Origin: Psammoneis japonica
Taxonomy: Eukaryota
Direction: 5' to 3'
NCBI GenBank assembly: GCA_008632985.1
Contig: QPGO01000017.1
Coordinates: 1 to 64,000 of the forward strand
Length of the DNA stretch: 64,000 nucleotides
The notes beneath the pieces were generated by a model. It saw only the letters and a program-made list of their open reading frames with translations. It did no database searches and was not told where the DNA came from. The position numbers and the translations under genes were made by a program. The stretch's first letter is position 1, and each line of letters starts with the position of its first letter. This document shows, in pieces, positions 1 to 13,044 of this stretch.

Positions 1-891
1 CGCGGTACTGCCTGGTATTAAACATGGAGCTTTCAACAATAGTGTCGATCCAATCATTGATGTGTCGTGCAAAATCATAATGAAGCCTTTGATTGGCGGG
101 GTTGTTGCAGGTAAGAGAAGGATCCAACTTGACCAAAGTGCAATCGACCTTCTCCTCCTTGATGTTTTTGGCTTGGTCTTTCTTTGGCAGCAGTACGACG
201 TTTCGTATTCGTATTCTTTTTGGTACCTGCATTCGCATTCTTGTTGGCGGCGCGTTTCGTCATGGCTCCAAGTGCGTCACTGGCTTGGTCTTTCTTTGCA
301 GCAGTACGACGTTTCGTATTCGTATTGTTTTGGGTACTAGCATTCGCAGTCTTGTTGGCGGCGCGTTTCGTCATGACTCCAAGTGCATCACTGGTTACGG
401 TCTTTCTTTGCAGAAGTACGACGTTTCGCACTCGTATTCTTTTTGGTGCCAGCATTCGCAGTCTTGTTGGCGGCGCGTTTCGTCATGGCTCCAAGTGCGT
501 CAGCAGCTGAAACGCAGAAGACGTGGCGGTTGTTTCGTCAGCTCATTGCCATTGGATGAAAGAAACAACACTTTGACATTATCCTGACGCTTACCTTTCT
601 TTTTGTTGTTGCTGGCGGCGGCGGGTTTGCCCCTTACTTTCAGATTGGAGCGAGGCGAAGCGGAATAACTTGGAGCCTTTTTCTTCGAAGGATCTTCTTC
701 ATCATCCGATGAAATAACTATGACCTCCCGCAAGAAGGTAATTTCTTCGTCACTGGATGGGTAATCGTCAGACGACTTGTGTTTCTTGGAGGCAGCGGGT
801 TTTCTCGTCGGAAGACGACTCTTCATCGTGGGACAAAGATCGATCACGACGCTCTTGTTGACTGCATCACTCATGGTTTGATGGTTTGCTC
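1..891 (-). pseudogene. Partial intron-containing K/S/D-rich gene or pseudogene with a 37-aa tandem repeat; runs off the window edge
   Basis: Acceptor TTTGCAG at ~892; exon MSDAVNKS...KKK; GTAAGC..TTTCAG intron 594-507; then repeats (DALGAMTKRAANKxANAxTxxNTxxKRRTxAKKD) with two +1 indels (~397, ~187); frame open again from ~170 to 1 (KNIKEEKVDC...TRQYR). Confidence 0.4.
170..502. repeat. Tandem repeat, ~3 copies of a 111-112 bp unit
   Basis: Anchor CATG(G/A)CTCCAAGTGC at 261, 372 and 484. Confidence 0.9.
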
Positions 892-2834
892 CTGCAAACA
901 AAAAGTAAGAACAGAAAAGTGAGCAGTCATGAGAGTAATGAAATGCAACAAGACAGCAAAACGCATAGGGCCTAATGCATTGTCAGCGTTATGAGTAGCT
1001 GAATCGCTTTTTCCCTGGAGTGCCGAGAAAGTGTTCGCGCCGTTTTCCTACTACTAAATTTGGAATTGGAAAATGAATGATGCAGAAAGAAAAATTTCAA
1101 ATAACATGTAACTATTCATGCTCTATATAGTCTATATTGATCGCAACGGATTCTATCCGAAACACGGGCATCCGACAGACGAAACACGTGGGATAGAAAT
1201 CACCCCAGTTTGGGATAGAAAATATAATGTTTCTGTGAAACCGAGACCGACAGTGAACGAAGTAAGCAAAACCGTTTTCTGATTTCAGGGTTATAAAGAA
1301 GGATTTCAAATCGGACGTGACTGACACACAACTGCTCTGGAAGCGCCACAGAGGTATTGCTTATTTGCCACCGACGCCAATCGAGTCACCAACGTAACGC
1401 CGACACCCGACACCTCACACTCACACTCACACCGATGAACGATGAGCCGCCGCCGCTCAAATTGTGAGCGCGAGCGCGAAAAGCGAAAAGGCCACGCACG
1501 CGATGATGCAGAATGGGCAGTCGGATCAGTCAATCAACATGCGTTAGACTCGTGACTGAGTCATTGAAGGGTGCAATCCACCCTCCAAGCGTCCCAAGTT
1601 GGCCGCACCAATGCTCAGGGAATACATTGCCAAGCTAGACCCGTCACGAAGCAACAGCCACACCAATCGTGGAGTCACATTTTTGCCGGATGTCAAGGTC
1701 GTGAAAAAAGTGGCAAAGAACAGTGGAGCTCCCACTTGGAGAGAAAGCCTCACCGTGGCTGACGAAAGTTCATTGTCAACCTTGCTCTTGACTTGAACTG
1801 TGACTTGCCTGACCACAATCACAAGCTTCTCATGGAGGAACACAAGATTGATCACGCAGATCATTGTCACCATGAGCGGGATGACCAGGCCCGTTTGGAA
1901 GCATTTCGTTTGCATGGGAACAAGGAACATTGCACAAAAGGCACTGTGTGAACACACACATGACATGCCAAATTTTGAATTGCCTGCCTTGGTCATTTTT
2001 GGGTTGGGATTGGGGTGCCATTGACTCTTGACCAAAGAGCTGGCTGTCACTCTGTTTTTGAGGCAATCAACAACAAACATTTGAGCACCAGCTGTTTTTG
2101 TCGTTCAACTGTTCGTCCCTCACATGTGGACAATGTGGTGTGTTGGGGCACTTGTTTTCCATTGAGATGATGGGTTTTTGGGTGTTGTGGTTTTGGTGTG
2201 CACAAGCTTGCTTTCAAACTGGCGATCATGCATGGACAACTCAACCCCCTTTGTTTCTGCACCTGACAAGGACAGTTGCACAATGCAAGCCCAAACAGCT
2301 GCTGTGCTGTTGGGGGGTCAAACCAATGTCTGATGTTCAAAACCTTTGGCAGCAATGCCTCACATTGTCACATGCAGCAGGAGCCTGCCAAGAGCCCTCT
2401 TGGAGCCCTCTTGTGTGCATGAAGTGACCAAGGAACTTGTTCATTCAAGTGACAGGCCCTTTGTTTTCCTGCCGCCAAGCTTGTCCTCATTTTTCTGGAG
2501 ACAAAGAGTTGTTTCTTGTTGTCACTCTAGAAAGAACTGCGTGAACCCATTTGTCTCTGCAGTTGGGGTTGATGATGCAACCAGGCTCTCTGTTGTCCTC
2601 CTCCCTGGAGCTTGTGTGCAGTTGTTGCACTGTTGCACAAAACCAGGAGCTGAGTCACAGCCATCCTCCAACCACCAATTCTTGGAGTTTTCTTGTCTGT
2701 GAAACCCATTGCAGGGAGAGGAAAGTTGACAACAAGAAATGTCTCCTTCCTCAGAGCCACACAAAATGGATCCCCCTTGCCTTGCTTTTCCTCATGCCTC
2801 AAGACAATGAACAGCCATCCACCAAAGTGTCCAA

Positions 2835-2896
2835 TCTGTCTGTCTGTCTGTCTGTCTGTTTGTTTGTTTGTCTGTTTGTCTGTTTGTCTGTCTGTC
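2835..2896. repeat. Compound (TCTG)n/(TTTG)n microsatellite
   Basis: Directly visible tetranucleotide run. Confidence 0.95.
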
Positions 2897-3539
2897 CATG
2901 TTGAGTCTTCCCACCACTCACATTGGACCAAATTGTTGGAGCTTGTGGCTCAACAACAAAACAAAACCCAAATTCCATGTTTTGGGTGCTGTTGCACTTC
3001 CATCCTGCAGCTCTGGCAACAAGCTGGCCTGCACCGCCCAGCACACAATTGGCGCAGCAGGGGCACGACCATTGTGTGGCAACCTGTGTCGGCAACCGAT
3101 GCCAGGTGGTGCCATGTTGAAACAACTGGCAATGGCATGAGTGCCTCTCACAGCAAGTTGTTTGGCTTCCTGGATGCTGGACTTAAATGTGGGATGCACC
3201 ATGGTCAACCAATTTTGCAGCCCATGGGTGGAGAGTGAGTCAGGTCGTGCTCATCTGCCGAGTCATCAAACAAAGTGCACCTTGTCTTTTGCCAAGCAGT
3301 CGTGGACTCATGTGCCAAGTGCCACCAAAAAATTCAAAAACTTACATCATCATGAGCAAGCAAAGCAGATTTTGATCATTTTGTGCAAAAAATCAAGCAG
3401 ATTTTTTACTTGTCTCAAGTGGATTTTTGCAGGCAATCTTGGTGCAGTTTGCAAATTGCTCTGGCTGGATGGAAGAGAAAAGAGTGAAGATTCTGACTTG
3501 AAGAACTGAGCAAGGCACCAAAAACCATCTTTTTGACCC

Positions 3540-4960
3540 TTTGAAGATCTGCAAGGAAAACCAGGGAAAACTTTGAGAATGGTGGCCAAGCTTGTCTGCA
3601 GCGCCGCTCCCCAGCCACGTCATTGACACCAGAATGAGAGCAAGAAATTGGCAACTCCAGAGTGAAAGGGCACCCTGATGCAACCAACCAACCCAACAAC
3701 TCCAGGCTGAGGGCATTGAAGGAACCAGAGGAACTCAGGGAACACTTTGAGAATGGCAGTGGAGTGTTGCAAAGCTCATCTGGTGCAGCTGCAGCTGCCA
3801 GTTGCTCAATCTGTGCCAGAGTGAGTCCTGAAACTCGCGATAAACCCATGGTGAAAGAACACCATCATGCAACCAACCAACCCAACAATTTCAAGCTGAG
3901 GGCATTGAAAGTCTCTTGTGGAACCCAAGGAACACTTTGAGAGCAGTGGTCAAGCATTGCAAGGCTCATCTGGTGCAATTGCAGCCACCAGTCACTTCAT
4001 CCATGCCAGAGTGAGAGAGCTGAAATTCCTGACTTCAGAGTGAAAGAATCCCCTTGTGCAAGCAACCAACCCAACAACTGCAAACTCAGGGCATTGAAGA
4101 TCTCCCATGGAACCCAGGGAACAGTGCATGGAGATCACTTCATCTGTGCCACAGTGAGAGAGCTGAAACTCCTGACTCCAGGTTGAAAGGACACTCTCAC
4201 TCAGCCAGCCAACCCAACAGCTGCAAACTCAGGGTGCCAACGATCTCCAATGGAGCCCAGAGAACATGTTGAGCTTGTTGGCAGAGTGTTGCAACAGCAC
4301 TCATCTGGTGCAGCAGCTGCAGCCCCCAGTCACTTCATCCATGCCAGAGTGAGACCTGACATTCCAACTGCTCCAGAGTGAAAGAACAGCCTGGTGCAAC
4401 CAACCAACCCAATGAGTGCAGGCTGAGGGCACTGATGGTTTCCAATGGAACCCTTCAAAACAGCAGTGGAGTGTTGAATCATTGTTGAGCTTGCAAGTTG
4501 ATGTTGCCAAAAGAGAACTGTGCAGGGCTTCCTGTGACACTCATCATGCTTGCCCTGGATGCCATGTTGGCTGTGGTTTGCCTGTTGTCACAGAGTGGAG
4601 TGTGTGCTGACAGATCAATTGGAGATCAACAAACATCGCTTGTTGTTGTTGTTTCACCAGATGATTCACTTCAAAGAGTGAGCACAAAAGGTTGGTGAGA
4701 TTGTGGTCAATGACAAAGGACATTCTTCATGGAACAGTCGTTGATGATCACAACTCCAGAGAGTGAAAGGAAACCATGATGCAGCCAACAAAGACACCAT
4801 CTGCAGACTGAGGATGTGTTGGTGGAGTTGGGTGGAACCCAGGGAACACTGTGAGAAGAGCTGTGGCTGAGCACTGCAAGGCCCATCTGGCATGCACCAG
4901 TTGTGTGGAGCCAAGTTTTTTCATTGCCACCACCCAGCCAGAAGAGAGAGTGAAACTTCA
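3540..4960 (-). repeat. Degenerate ~189-bp (63-codon) tandem repeat, at least 6 copies, probably once coding
   Basis: Anchor AACCCAA at 3690, 3879, 4068, 4211 and 4406, plus a degraded copy near 4780; minus strand reads ALSLELLGWLVASGCPFTLE. Confidence 0.8.
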
Positions 4961-7900
4961 AGCTCTCCCACAACCCATGTTGTCACAGATGGTGGAGAGT
5001 CATCAAACAATGTGATGGGACAAATCAAACATGCCCCAGATGGTCATCCACATTGCCAAGCTGAGCAAGGGACAAAATTGAAGGTCATCCTGGGCTTGCT
5101 TCCACCATTTCCTCATGTTGAGAAAGTTGCAAATGAGCACTTTGGCATGGCTGGACAGCCATGGGATCTTGAACCACCCTTCTTGTGTGGCGCACAACAG
5201 AGAAATGGCACCACAGACATGCACTGGGGGTGGGGGGACCTTGTGGGCCCAACATGCACAGTGGAGTGGAAGGGCTCTGGATGAACAAAATTGGTGCACT
5301 TTGCTTTCACACATCTCAGTGCAGTGGAACAGGACAAAAAATGTGCTTGCAGTTGCTGTCCTTGGCATGTCTGGCCCAAGACAGAAAATGCTTGCACAAG
5401 CTGTGTAAAGATGATGCTTCACTGTCATGACAAACAACTCTTCCTCTGCAGGATCATGACTTGTTGGCAGAGTTTTTTCTTGGAGGCTGGGAGGCTCCAA
5501 AAGCTGGGCTTCTTCCATCTTCTTTTTGATGGTCTTTGAACCCTCAAGCCCTTCCCATGCTGCATGCCAAGAAGATGATCTTGGCGAGTCATGAGCCTGA
5601 CTTGGGGATGGTGACAACTTGTTGCACCATCATTTTGTCACATCGTCTTTCAGAAGAAACATCTGTTGAGTCTTCTGGTGACAATGGTCAGAGAGACGCA
5701 ATCAACTGTTGGTCCAACTTGTCACTCAAACCCAAGTTAGAGATCATCTTGCAGTTCTTTGCATCTTTGGCATGCCTCATTGTCCCCTGCTGCATCTGTC
5801 ATCTTCAGTGCTTTGGCACACAACCTCAAAAGAGGCACGCCCATTAGATGCAGCTGTTGTTTAGCCCACTGCCCAGACCCACCCTCCCTTTTCCTGCACC
5901 TTTGGGTTGACCTTTGTTTCCCAACACATCTCAACTGTGTGAGCAATGGTGCTGGCATGAAGGGCTTCAAATGCTGAGATTAAGGACAAAAAACCAGAGA
6001 AAATTAAGATGCACAGAAGGGGTGTGCAGGAGCCAACTTGAGTGTCAACTTTTTGACCACCCACGCAGCAAAACAGAGTCAGCCTTCTGCAAAGCACCCA
6101 TTGTGACTCTTTCAACGCCAAAGCAAAAAAGGCAAGCTGCACTGACAAACATTGTTTTTGTGACACCACAAGTCCACACCAGTGCTTGATGCTCTGGCAC
6201 ATGGGGATTGCACACAACATCACTGGCATTGAAGACACACTGCCACAGAGTCACTCAACAAGTTGATGGTCATGACAATCACAAGCACAATTTACATGAA
6301 TCTGGCTGCTCATTGGGATGTGAGACACAAAGTCAAAGTTGTTTTCAGGTGGCCGGCAATGACAGCAGTGGTTTTTGTCTTGTTGCAGCACCCTTTGCTG
6401 ACACAGATTGATCATTTCCACTCTCGGAATTGTGCTTTAAGAATGTCCAAGTGAGAACAAATCTTGGATTCATTGCATGATGCAGTGCAGATGCAGTGTG
6501 ATGCATGGAAAACAGAGCCAACTCTGTGAATCATTGAACTTTTTGAAAGACAAGAAATCCAGACATTGTGATGCTCCATTCCAGACACTTGAGCAGTGTC
6601 ACAGTCATCTGGGCATGGAGCAATGGCATCAAAATGGGCATGGGTTCCAAAGCCATCAGCAGACACTGCAAGTTGCAGAGGTTGGATTGACAAGCTTTTG
6701 ACAAGCTTGAACAAACACTTGTCAACATGCAGTTTCGTCTCTGGCAAAACATTGCACATGATGGCACAAACCCTTGTCCACCACAAAAGCAATGTCGGTT
6801 GGAACAAAAGCCACATCACCCAACTCAACTTGATCACCATTCCATTTCAACAGATGAAGCAGGCAAAGCAGTCATTGGCAAAGGAATCCACAGACAACAT
6901 GACAAAAGGAAGCAATGTTGGCGCTCCTTCGAAGCATGCCCGTGACAAATTTTGTAAGCATGACTTTGGCATGTTGAGCAATGACACATGACAACCCAAA
7001 CCATGGACTCCACACAATGCTGCAAACTCCTTCTACTTAATCCAAGTCTGTCAAAGTGTGTCCAAAGCCCATCCAAGTCTAATCTGGCTTCAGGCAATGC
7101 ATTGGTGACAATGGATTGTTTTGTCTGCTTTGACATGGGGTGGGCTAGAGTCTTCTGGGACCTTGCTGTCTGTCTGCAATGCTGACTCTCCCAAGCCCAA
7201 TTGGTGTGTTGGTGTGTGTGGCCCACCAGCAAACTCCACAGTCTGGGTGACAGCTGGGGCAATGACATCTGCCAAGGGACATGGCAATGCTTCTCACATG
7301 CAAGCCGAGTCATTGCAAATCGCAGCCACAATTTCAAGTGGGCAACTCAAAGCCCAGTTCTTGCTCTGCTCCAATTCATTTCAAGTTGACCCATTCAGAC
7401 CACCGGCTCTGACTGGTCTTTTCATTTCATTGATTGAACAATCAAGAGTTGTTGCATCATGAAAAGCAAGATGCATCAAAGGACATCATTGGCACGGTTT
7501 CGTGCAGTGCAATCAAGAATTGAGACCATTGCTTGAAGTGTTGACCATCTCCTTGGTCAGTCATCACAGACTTTTGGCTCAACTTGGCTGTGGATGGCTC
7601 CAAGAGTGTGCTTGATTGCAACAAGGTGGCACCAAACAGCAGCAGAAATGCACTTCTCATCCCCACAATGCTGCTGCAACTGGGGCCTGTGGCAGCACAT
7701 CATGGTGGACCTGTGGCACTGGCCAGCAGGTGAAGGTGAAGAGTGACAAATGTGCGACCTTTGTCACCCCAATCCACCGTCTCACTCAACCGGTCCTGCT
7801 GCCTCAACCGGTCCCGCCGGCTGACCGATGGATGCTTGCTCCACTTGAATTCCAAGTGCCGCTGCTCTGCAGCATCAACCCCACAGCACAATGACAATGC

Positions 7901-9669
7901 AAGATGCCGGCAGTTTGTTCTTCCTGATGGACAAGCGACACAATCATGCCACTGGAGAAAACTGCAATGCCAAGAGTCATGCTGTCACACCTCCAAAGAA
8001 TGACAAAATGCCACAAGTTGTTTTAATGGATTGTCAGGCTTTTCGTCATTGACGGAAAATGCCAAAAATGCCGCTGCGAGTAGAAGGTCACAAATGGACA
8101 ATGCATTCAACAGTTTGCTTGATGCTTCCACAGTTGCTTCATGGATGCAAGACCAGGACAATGTGTTGAAAAACATTCAAAACATTTTGACAAGCAGGAG
8201 GAAAGCAACCAAGCCGAAATTGAAGGAAGCCAACAACCAGCTGGCATTGGTGTGAAACAGCCTCTCCATTTTGCAAGCAACGACAAAAGGAGCAACTGTG
8301 ACTTGAGCTGGGACCCAGAGACAAATGGTGTCCCTCTGCAGCTTTGACAGCTGCTGTCTCACACACATTGTCCTCCAGTGGTGTGAAGCCATCTACAAAT
8401 GGGTCAAAAAGAACAATGAGCTGCATCAGTCTCAGTGCTAAAAGAGGATGTGTTCTCAAGCAGCACTTGCCTTTTTGCACCAAGTCCCAATCAAAAGCAG
8501 TGGCACTCTCCACCAGAGAGTTCATCCCACAACAGTGGAGACTTTTGCACTTGGGCCGGTGCCGGCTCCCTGCTTCTAGCAGAGAGACATCTTTCCTGTG
8601 TCTTAGAACAGCCAATCGGCAAGTCATCATTCAAAATGGTGAAGTGCGCACACACTCTGCAGCACGCATGCGGTGTGCACCGTCCAGAAGCAACAGCACT
8701 TGCACCTGCACTCCATCCCACATGTTTCATCAAACAGTCACACATCTCTGCCAGAACGACTGGGAACTGAGAGCTCCAGGATCTGATTTCCCCACATGGG
8801 CAAAGAATGTCAAAAGATGTCTGTCATGTAGAATGTGGGCCTGGAAATGCCGCTGCAAGTTTTGACAGTCAACGACATTCACACTGGAAAATGACAGGCA
8901 AAATGAAAATGTGAGTGGAACAACGCACACAACAACAATTCATTGGGGTTGCACACAACAGTGTGCTCACTGGGAGCACCTTTTAAAGGCAAAGCTGAGT
9001 TGCCTTGCCAATTTTTATGCTTCCAAGTAACATCAGCGGTTTGTGGCATCTGTGCATTCAAGAGGAGGCAATGCGCCCACCAACACAAGCCTCGACCTTT
9101 CCCATTTTACCCATTGAAAAGCATGGAGTCGCAGTTGCACCACAAAGATCTCCCAAAGTAACATGGACAACATCACATCTTAGACAATGATGACAATGTG
9201 GTTGAAGGGCAGGTGGAAAGGGTCAAAAAGGACCAGATGCCCACAGGCATGATCGAGGCACACCAAAAAAGGCTCCTGACAAGGTGTGCAAGTTTCTCAT
9301 CAAAACGAGTCCAAAACTCAATCAATCACAACATGCTCACAGGGTTGCCTTTTTTGGACTGTGGCAAGGCTGTCTGACAAATGCCAACATTGTGAGTGTC
9401 CCCGAGACTCCATCGCATCATTTTGTTCCCATGGCGTGCACTTTCAAGAAATTGTTTTTGCCAAAAAATGACATGCTGTGACTGCGAGCCAACCAAGACC
9501 TTCGAAAAACATTCAAGCTTGTCACAAGTCCAAAAAACTGCACAAATGGATGAAGCAAAGGATGTGGATTAGGATGAAGCACAAGGCTCCCAAATGGACA
9601 GGCTTTTGTGATGATGATGATGATGTGAAAAAAAACACCCAAATCCATCAAATGAAAATCGACCACATG

Positions 9670-11700
9670 AAATGATGCGCTCACCGTTCAATCTTTGACA
9701 AAGCCCAAATGACCTCCACTCCACCAAATGAGCAAGTCTTGGCAACAACAAATGCCACTTCTGAATCTTCTGCAGCTGACTCCGGATTGCCAACACCATG
9801 GTCACAACCAACTCGCTCTGGTCACAAAATCCAAATGATCCAAAGGGCCATTGAGTCACAACTTCAACATGAACAAAACATTGTCTCACAAGCTGCAACT
9901 GCTTGTAAAGCCATTGCCCAGGACATGTGTCTCATTGACAATGACTGAAATCAACTCCAGAGGATCCCATTTTGCACAGCACCATGTGAAGGCTTCCAAT
10001 GACCCGGACACTTGTACATGCACGAGGCTCTTTGCGAACCAGATGCTCACAAATTCAACAAAGCTGTGGTTGAAGAAGCACAAGACCATGCCGACAGGAA
10101 GCATTGGCAAGCTGCTGAAAAAGCTGATGCACCCCAGGGTGAGACCATTCTTCCTGCAACATGGTCTGTGAAGTGCAAGCAACGCATGGCAACATGCAAA
10201 GTGTGCAAGTGGAAAAGCTGACTCAATTGGGAGGACACAAAATGAAGAAAGGAAAACACTGCAAGGAAACCCATGCTCCAACACTTTCTTGGACTGTTGT
10301 CCATCTGTTCCTCATCCTCTGCATCCTCTTCAAATGGAAATCAAGACAAGTTGATTTTGTGCTGGCATGTCCACAATCCACATGCTGACATTCCAAGGCC
10401 CACCTTTGTGGAATCACCAAGAGACATCAACTTTCCCAGTTTGGATCACAACAAGCATTGCTTGGAGACATTGAAAAATGCATGTGGTGGAAAAGACGCT
10501 GGGTGAATGTGGTTTGCATTTTTACGAGGCATTCTGCTTGACATTGGTTTTACACAGTCTTCATTCAACAAATGTGTTTTCTGCCGTGGTGCGATGACAT
10601 TCCTGGTGTGCACCAATGACGGTCTTACATTCAATCCCTTGGATGCTGAGATTGATCAATGCATCAAAGACCTCGGCACACGCACACACATTTCTGATCA
10701 AGGCAATGTCAGCCACTGCCTCAGCATCAAAATCAACCACAACTTGTTGACAGCATTCTCCAAGACCTTGGTCTCATTGGCACTTGCAACAACTTGAATT
10801 CAAACACTGCCAAAACACACAAGCTCCCAGCAAGCACTGCAAAACTTGTCGGACCCGATCCGGTTGGTGCACCTTTTCAGGAATCATGGAACTGCTGCTC
10901 TGTCATTGGAAAATTGAACTTCTTAGAAAAGTCAACATGCAGTGACATTGCACATGCTGCTCACCAATGCACCCGCTTCATGTCAAATCCAAAAGCTTCT
11001 CATGGCGCCGCTGTCAAGCACATTGGATGACATTTGCTCGCAACCAGAAATGAAGGATGCATCATCAAACCAGACAACACACATGGCCTTGATTGCTTTG
11101 TGGATGCTGATTTTTGTGGCAACTGGGACAAGGCTGTCACAGAAAATTGTCCTGATGCAGCACACTCTCATTCTGGTTTTGCTGTCAAATTTGCAAATGT
11201 GCCCCTGTGTTGGGCTTCCAAGCTGCAAACAATGTTTGCTCTCAGCAGTGCAGAATCTGAATGCATTGCTCTCTCTAAAGCTGCCAGACACGTTAAATCC
11301 ATCATGCACCTGTTGAAAGAACTCAAGGAGAGAAACATGAATGTGAGCGCTGCTCCTGTCATGCATTGCATGATGTTTGAGGACAACTCCACCGCACTGG
11401 AGATTGCACGTGCACCCAAGATGCACCTGACACTCAACACTTCAACGTCATGCTCCACCACCACTTTCACAATGAAGTCGCCAATGGCTGCATCCGAGTT
11501 CAACCCATTTGCACTGCCGATCAACAAGCCGATGTCTTCACAAAACAGCTGCCTGAGGAGACTTTCTACAAGCTCTGTCATTTGCTTTTCAGCTGGTGAA
11601 TGACCCAGCCATCTCATTGAATGATGAGGCACTCCTGGCTTGGGAGGTCTGCAATTGGTGCGGGAAGAAGAGTGCCGGCAAGAGCGAATGAGGGAGTGTG
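9670..11700 (+). mobile_element. Decayed Ty1/copia (CoDi-like) LTR retrotransposon pol, RT-RNaseH portion
   Basis: Motifs DPDTLYMHEAL, ETHAP, RQVDFVLA, FLVCTND (=YxDD), SVIGKLNFL, CFVDADFCGNW, WASKLQT, ALSSAESECIALS, FEDN, QQADVFTK; stop at 11597-11599; PPT-like GAGGGAG then TG at 11690-11698. Confidence 0.92.
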
Positions 11701-11938
11701 ACTGTTGATCTTGTTCATGCCTCACGACATCTATGACATTTGATTTCTATGGCCCCAAATTGTTTGCTCATGTGGCACACAAATTGTTGAAGACATCTCA
11801 AACATTTGTTGGAAAACACTTGTTGAGACATCTCTCTTCTCACCTTTTTGAGATTCAAAGCAATCACAATCAGTTTGTCTGTGTTCATCACAAGGCCAAT
11901 TGTCCGTTTGGTTCTTACTTTAAACTGTTTGCTCACAG

Positions 11939-12170
11939 TTGTTGCACATGATGGGTTGCAAAATGGGTGTGACGATTGGCAGAATGCCAAACAAGTGTCA
12001 CCCAGAAATGGCTGGGGAGGGCATTGAATGTTCTTGGGGACTCGCAAAGCAGCGTTGTTGTTTGCAACCTTTGTCAAGAAAGAGGGGAAAGCAAAACTTT
12101 AGAGAGTTGGTGCAAGAATCAATGTTTTCAACTGCACTCATGATGGACAGAAAAAACGCCCCTGACAGAT
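11939..12170 (+). mobile_element. Fragment of a DDE (IS630/Tc1-mariner-like) transposase
   Basis: KCHPEMAGEGIECSWGLAK...KRGKQNFRELV resembles the PKxHxELAGEGIEYSWG C-terminal catalytic motif. Confidence 0.65.
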
Positions 12171-13044
12171 TGACTGCGATGGCATTGAACAACACACCAA
12201 GCTTTGAACAACTTGTTCAGCACATTGGCAAGCTCAATGAGAGGGAGTCATCATGTCATCGTTGCAGCAACACCACAACAGATTGAGTTGTTCCGACAAG
12301 GCAGCCATGTTGGCACAGGCTTCTGAGGAAATGCAGGCTTTCTCGCCTGGCACTTGCAATGCTTTGAAGATTTCTGAATCAAAGAAGAATGACCTGGCCT
12401 GGAAAACTTGTGAGAAGAAAATGAAAGAAGAACAGAAGGATTCTGTGATGACTGCTTTGCAGCATGCGATTTCCAATTCCGGCAGTGTTCAGGTTGATGT
12501 CAATGGCAGTGTGTCAGGTGGCACCTCACATGTTGCCAGATGTTCTGGTGTCACCTTCATCGCTGGTGAGAATGTCAAGTCCGGAACCACCATCATGGAC
12601 ACAGTAGAAGAGAACTCATCTTTGTCTTCACACAGGAAAAAAAATGGCTGATGACGAAGTGCCGGAGCTGCAAGAGGAAGACTCACTCTACTCTAGAGGA
12701 CCAGAGGGCCCCAGCTGCTGGCTGTTCACACTTTCAACTTCGACCATAACCACCATGCTACCCCTGCCTATTTTCTAGAGAGAGAGCAACTGAATGTATC
12801 ATGGTAAGTTTCTGAAACAGATACACGCCCACAGCAAGGAAGCAGAAACAAAATAAATTGAAAACAGTAGCCTGATTTCAATATCTTGTTTTACTTCTAC
12901 TCGGTCGGGCTGTAGCTATGGTAGCGTTTTCTCTGATTTATCGATCAAGGTCGTTTGAAACAACACCGTTTTTTTTTTAACACATTAACACGTTTAAGAT
13001 ATGATCAGATTAAGAAAGGAGGCGGTAAAGGTTTGATGACCTCA

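Larger units (their letters stand above)
1640..12680. other. TpA- and CpG-depleted decayed-repeat block A
   Basis: About 45 TA dinucleotides in ~11 kb by manual count, versus 10 in a 300-bp sample at the LCB1 3' end; CA/TG-rich; contains copia and DDE transposase relics. Confidence 0.9.

Noticed and set aside
170..4960. CRISPR-like arrays (111-bp and 189-bp repeats)
   Set aside because: Contiguous tandem units without unique spacers, codon-multiple periods, eukaryotic context, no cas genes.
9990..11599. ADAR-type A-to-I editing of retroelement RNA as the cause of TA->TG
   Set aside because: T->C at TpA occurs on the same strand as A->G, and a DNA transposase and a MITE are also affected.
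11697..11940. 3' LTR of the copia relic
   Set aside because: The PPT and TG start are visible, but I found no matching 5' LTR or CA end, so no LTR was annotated.
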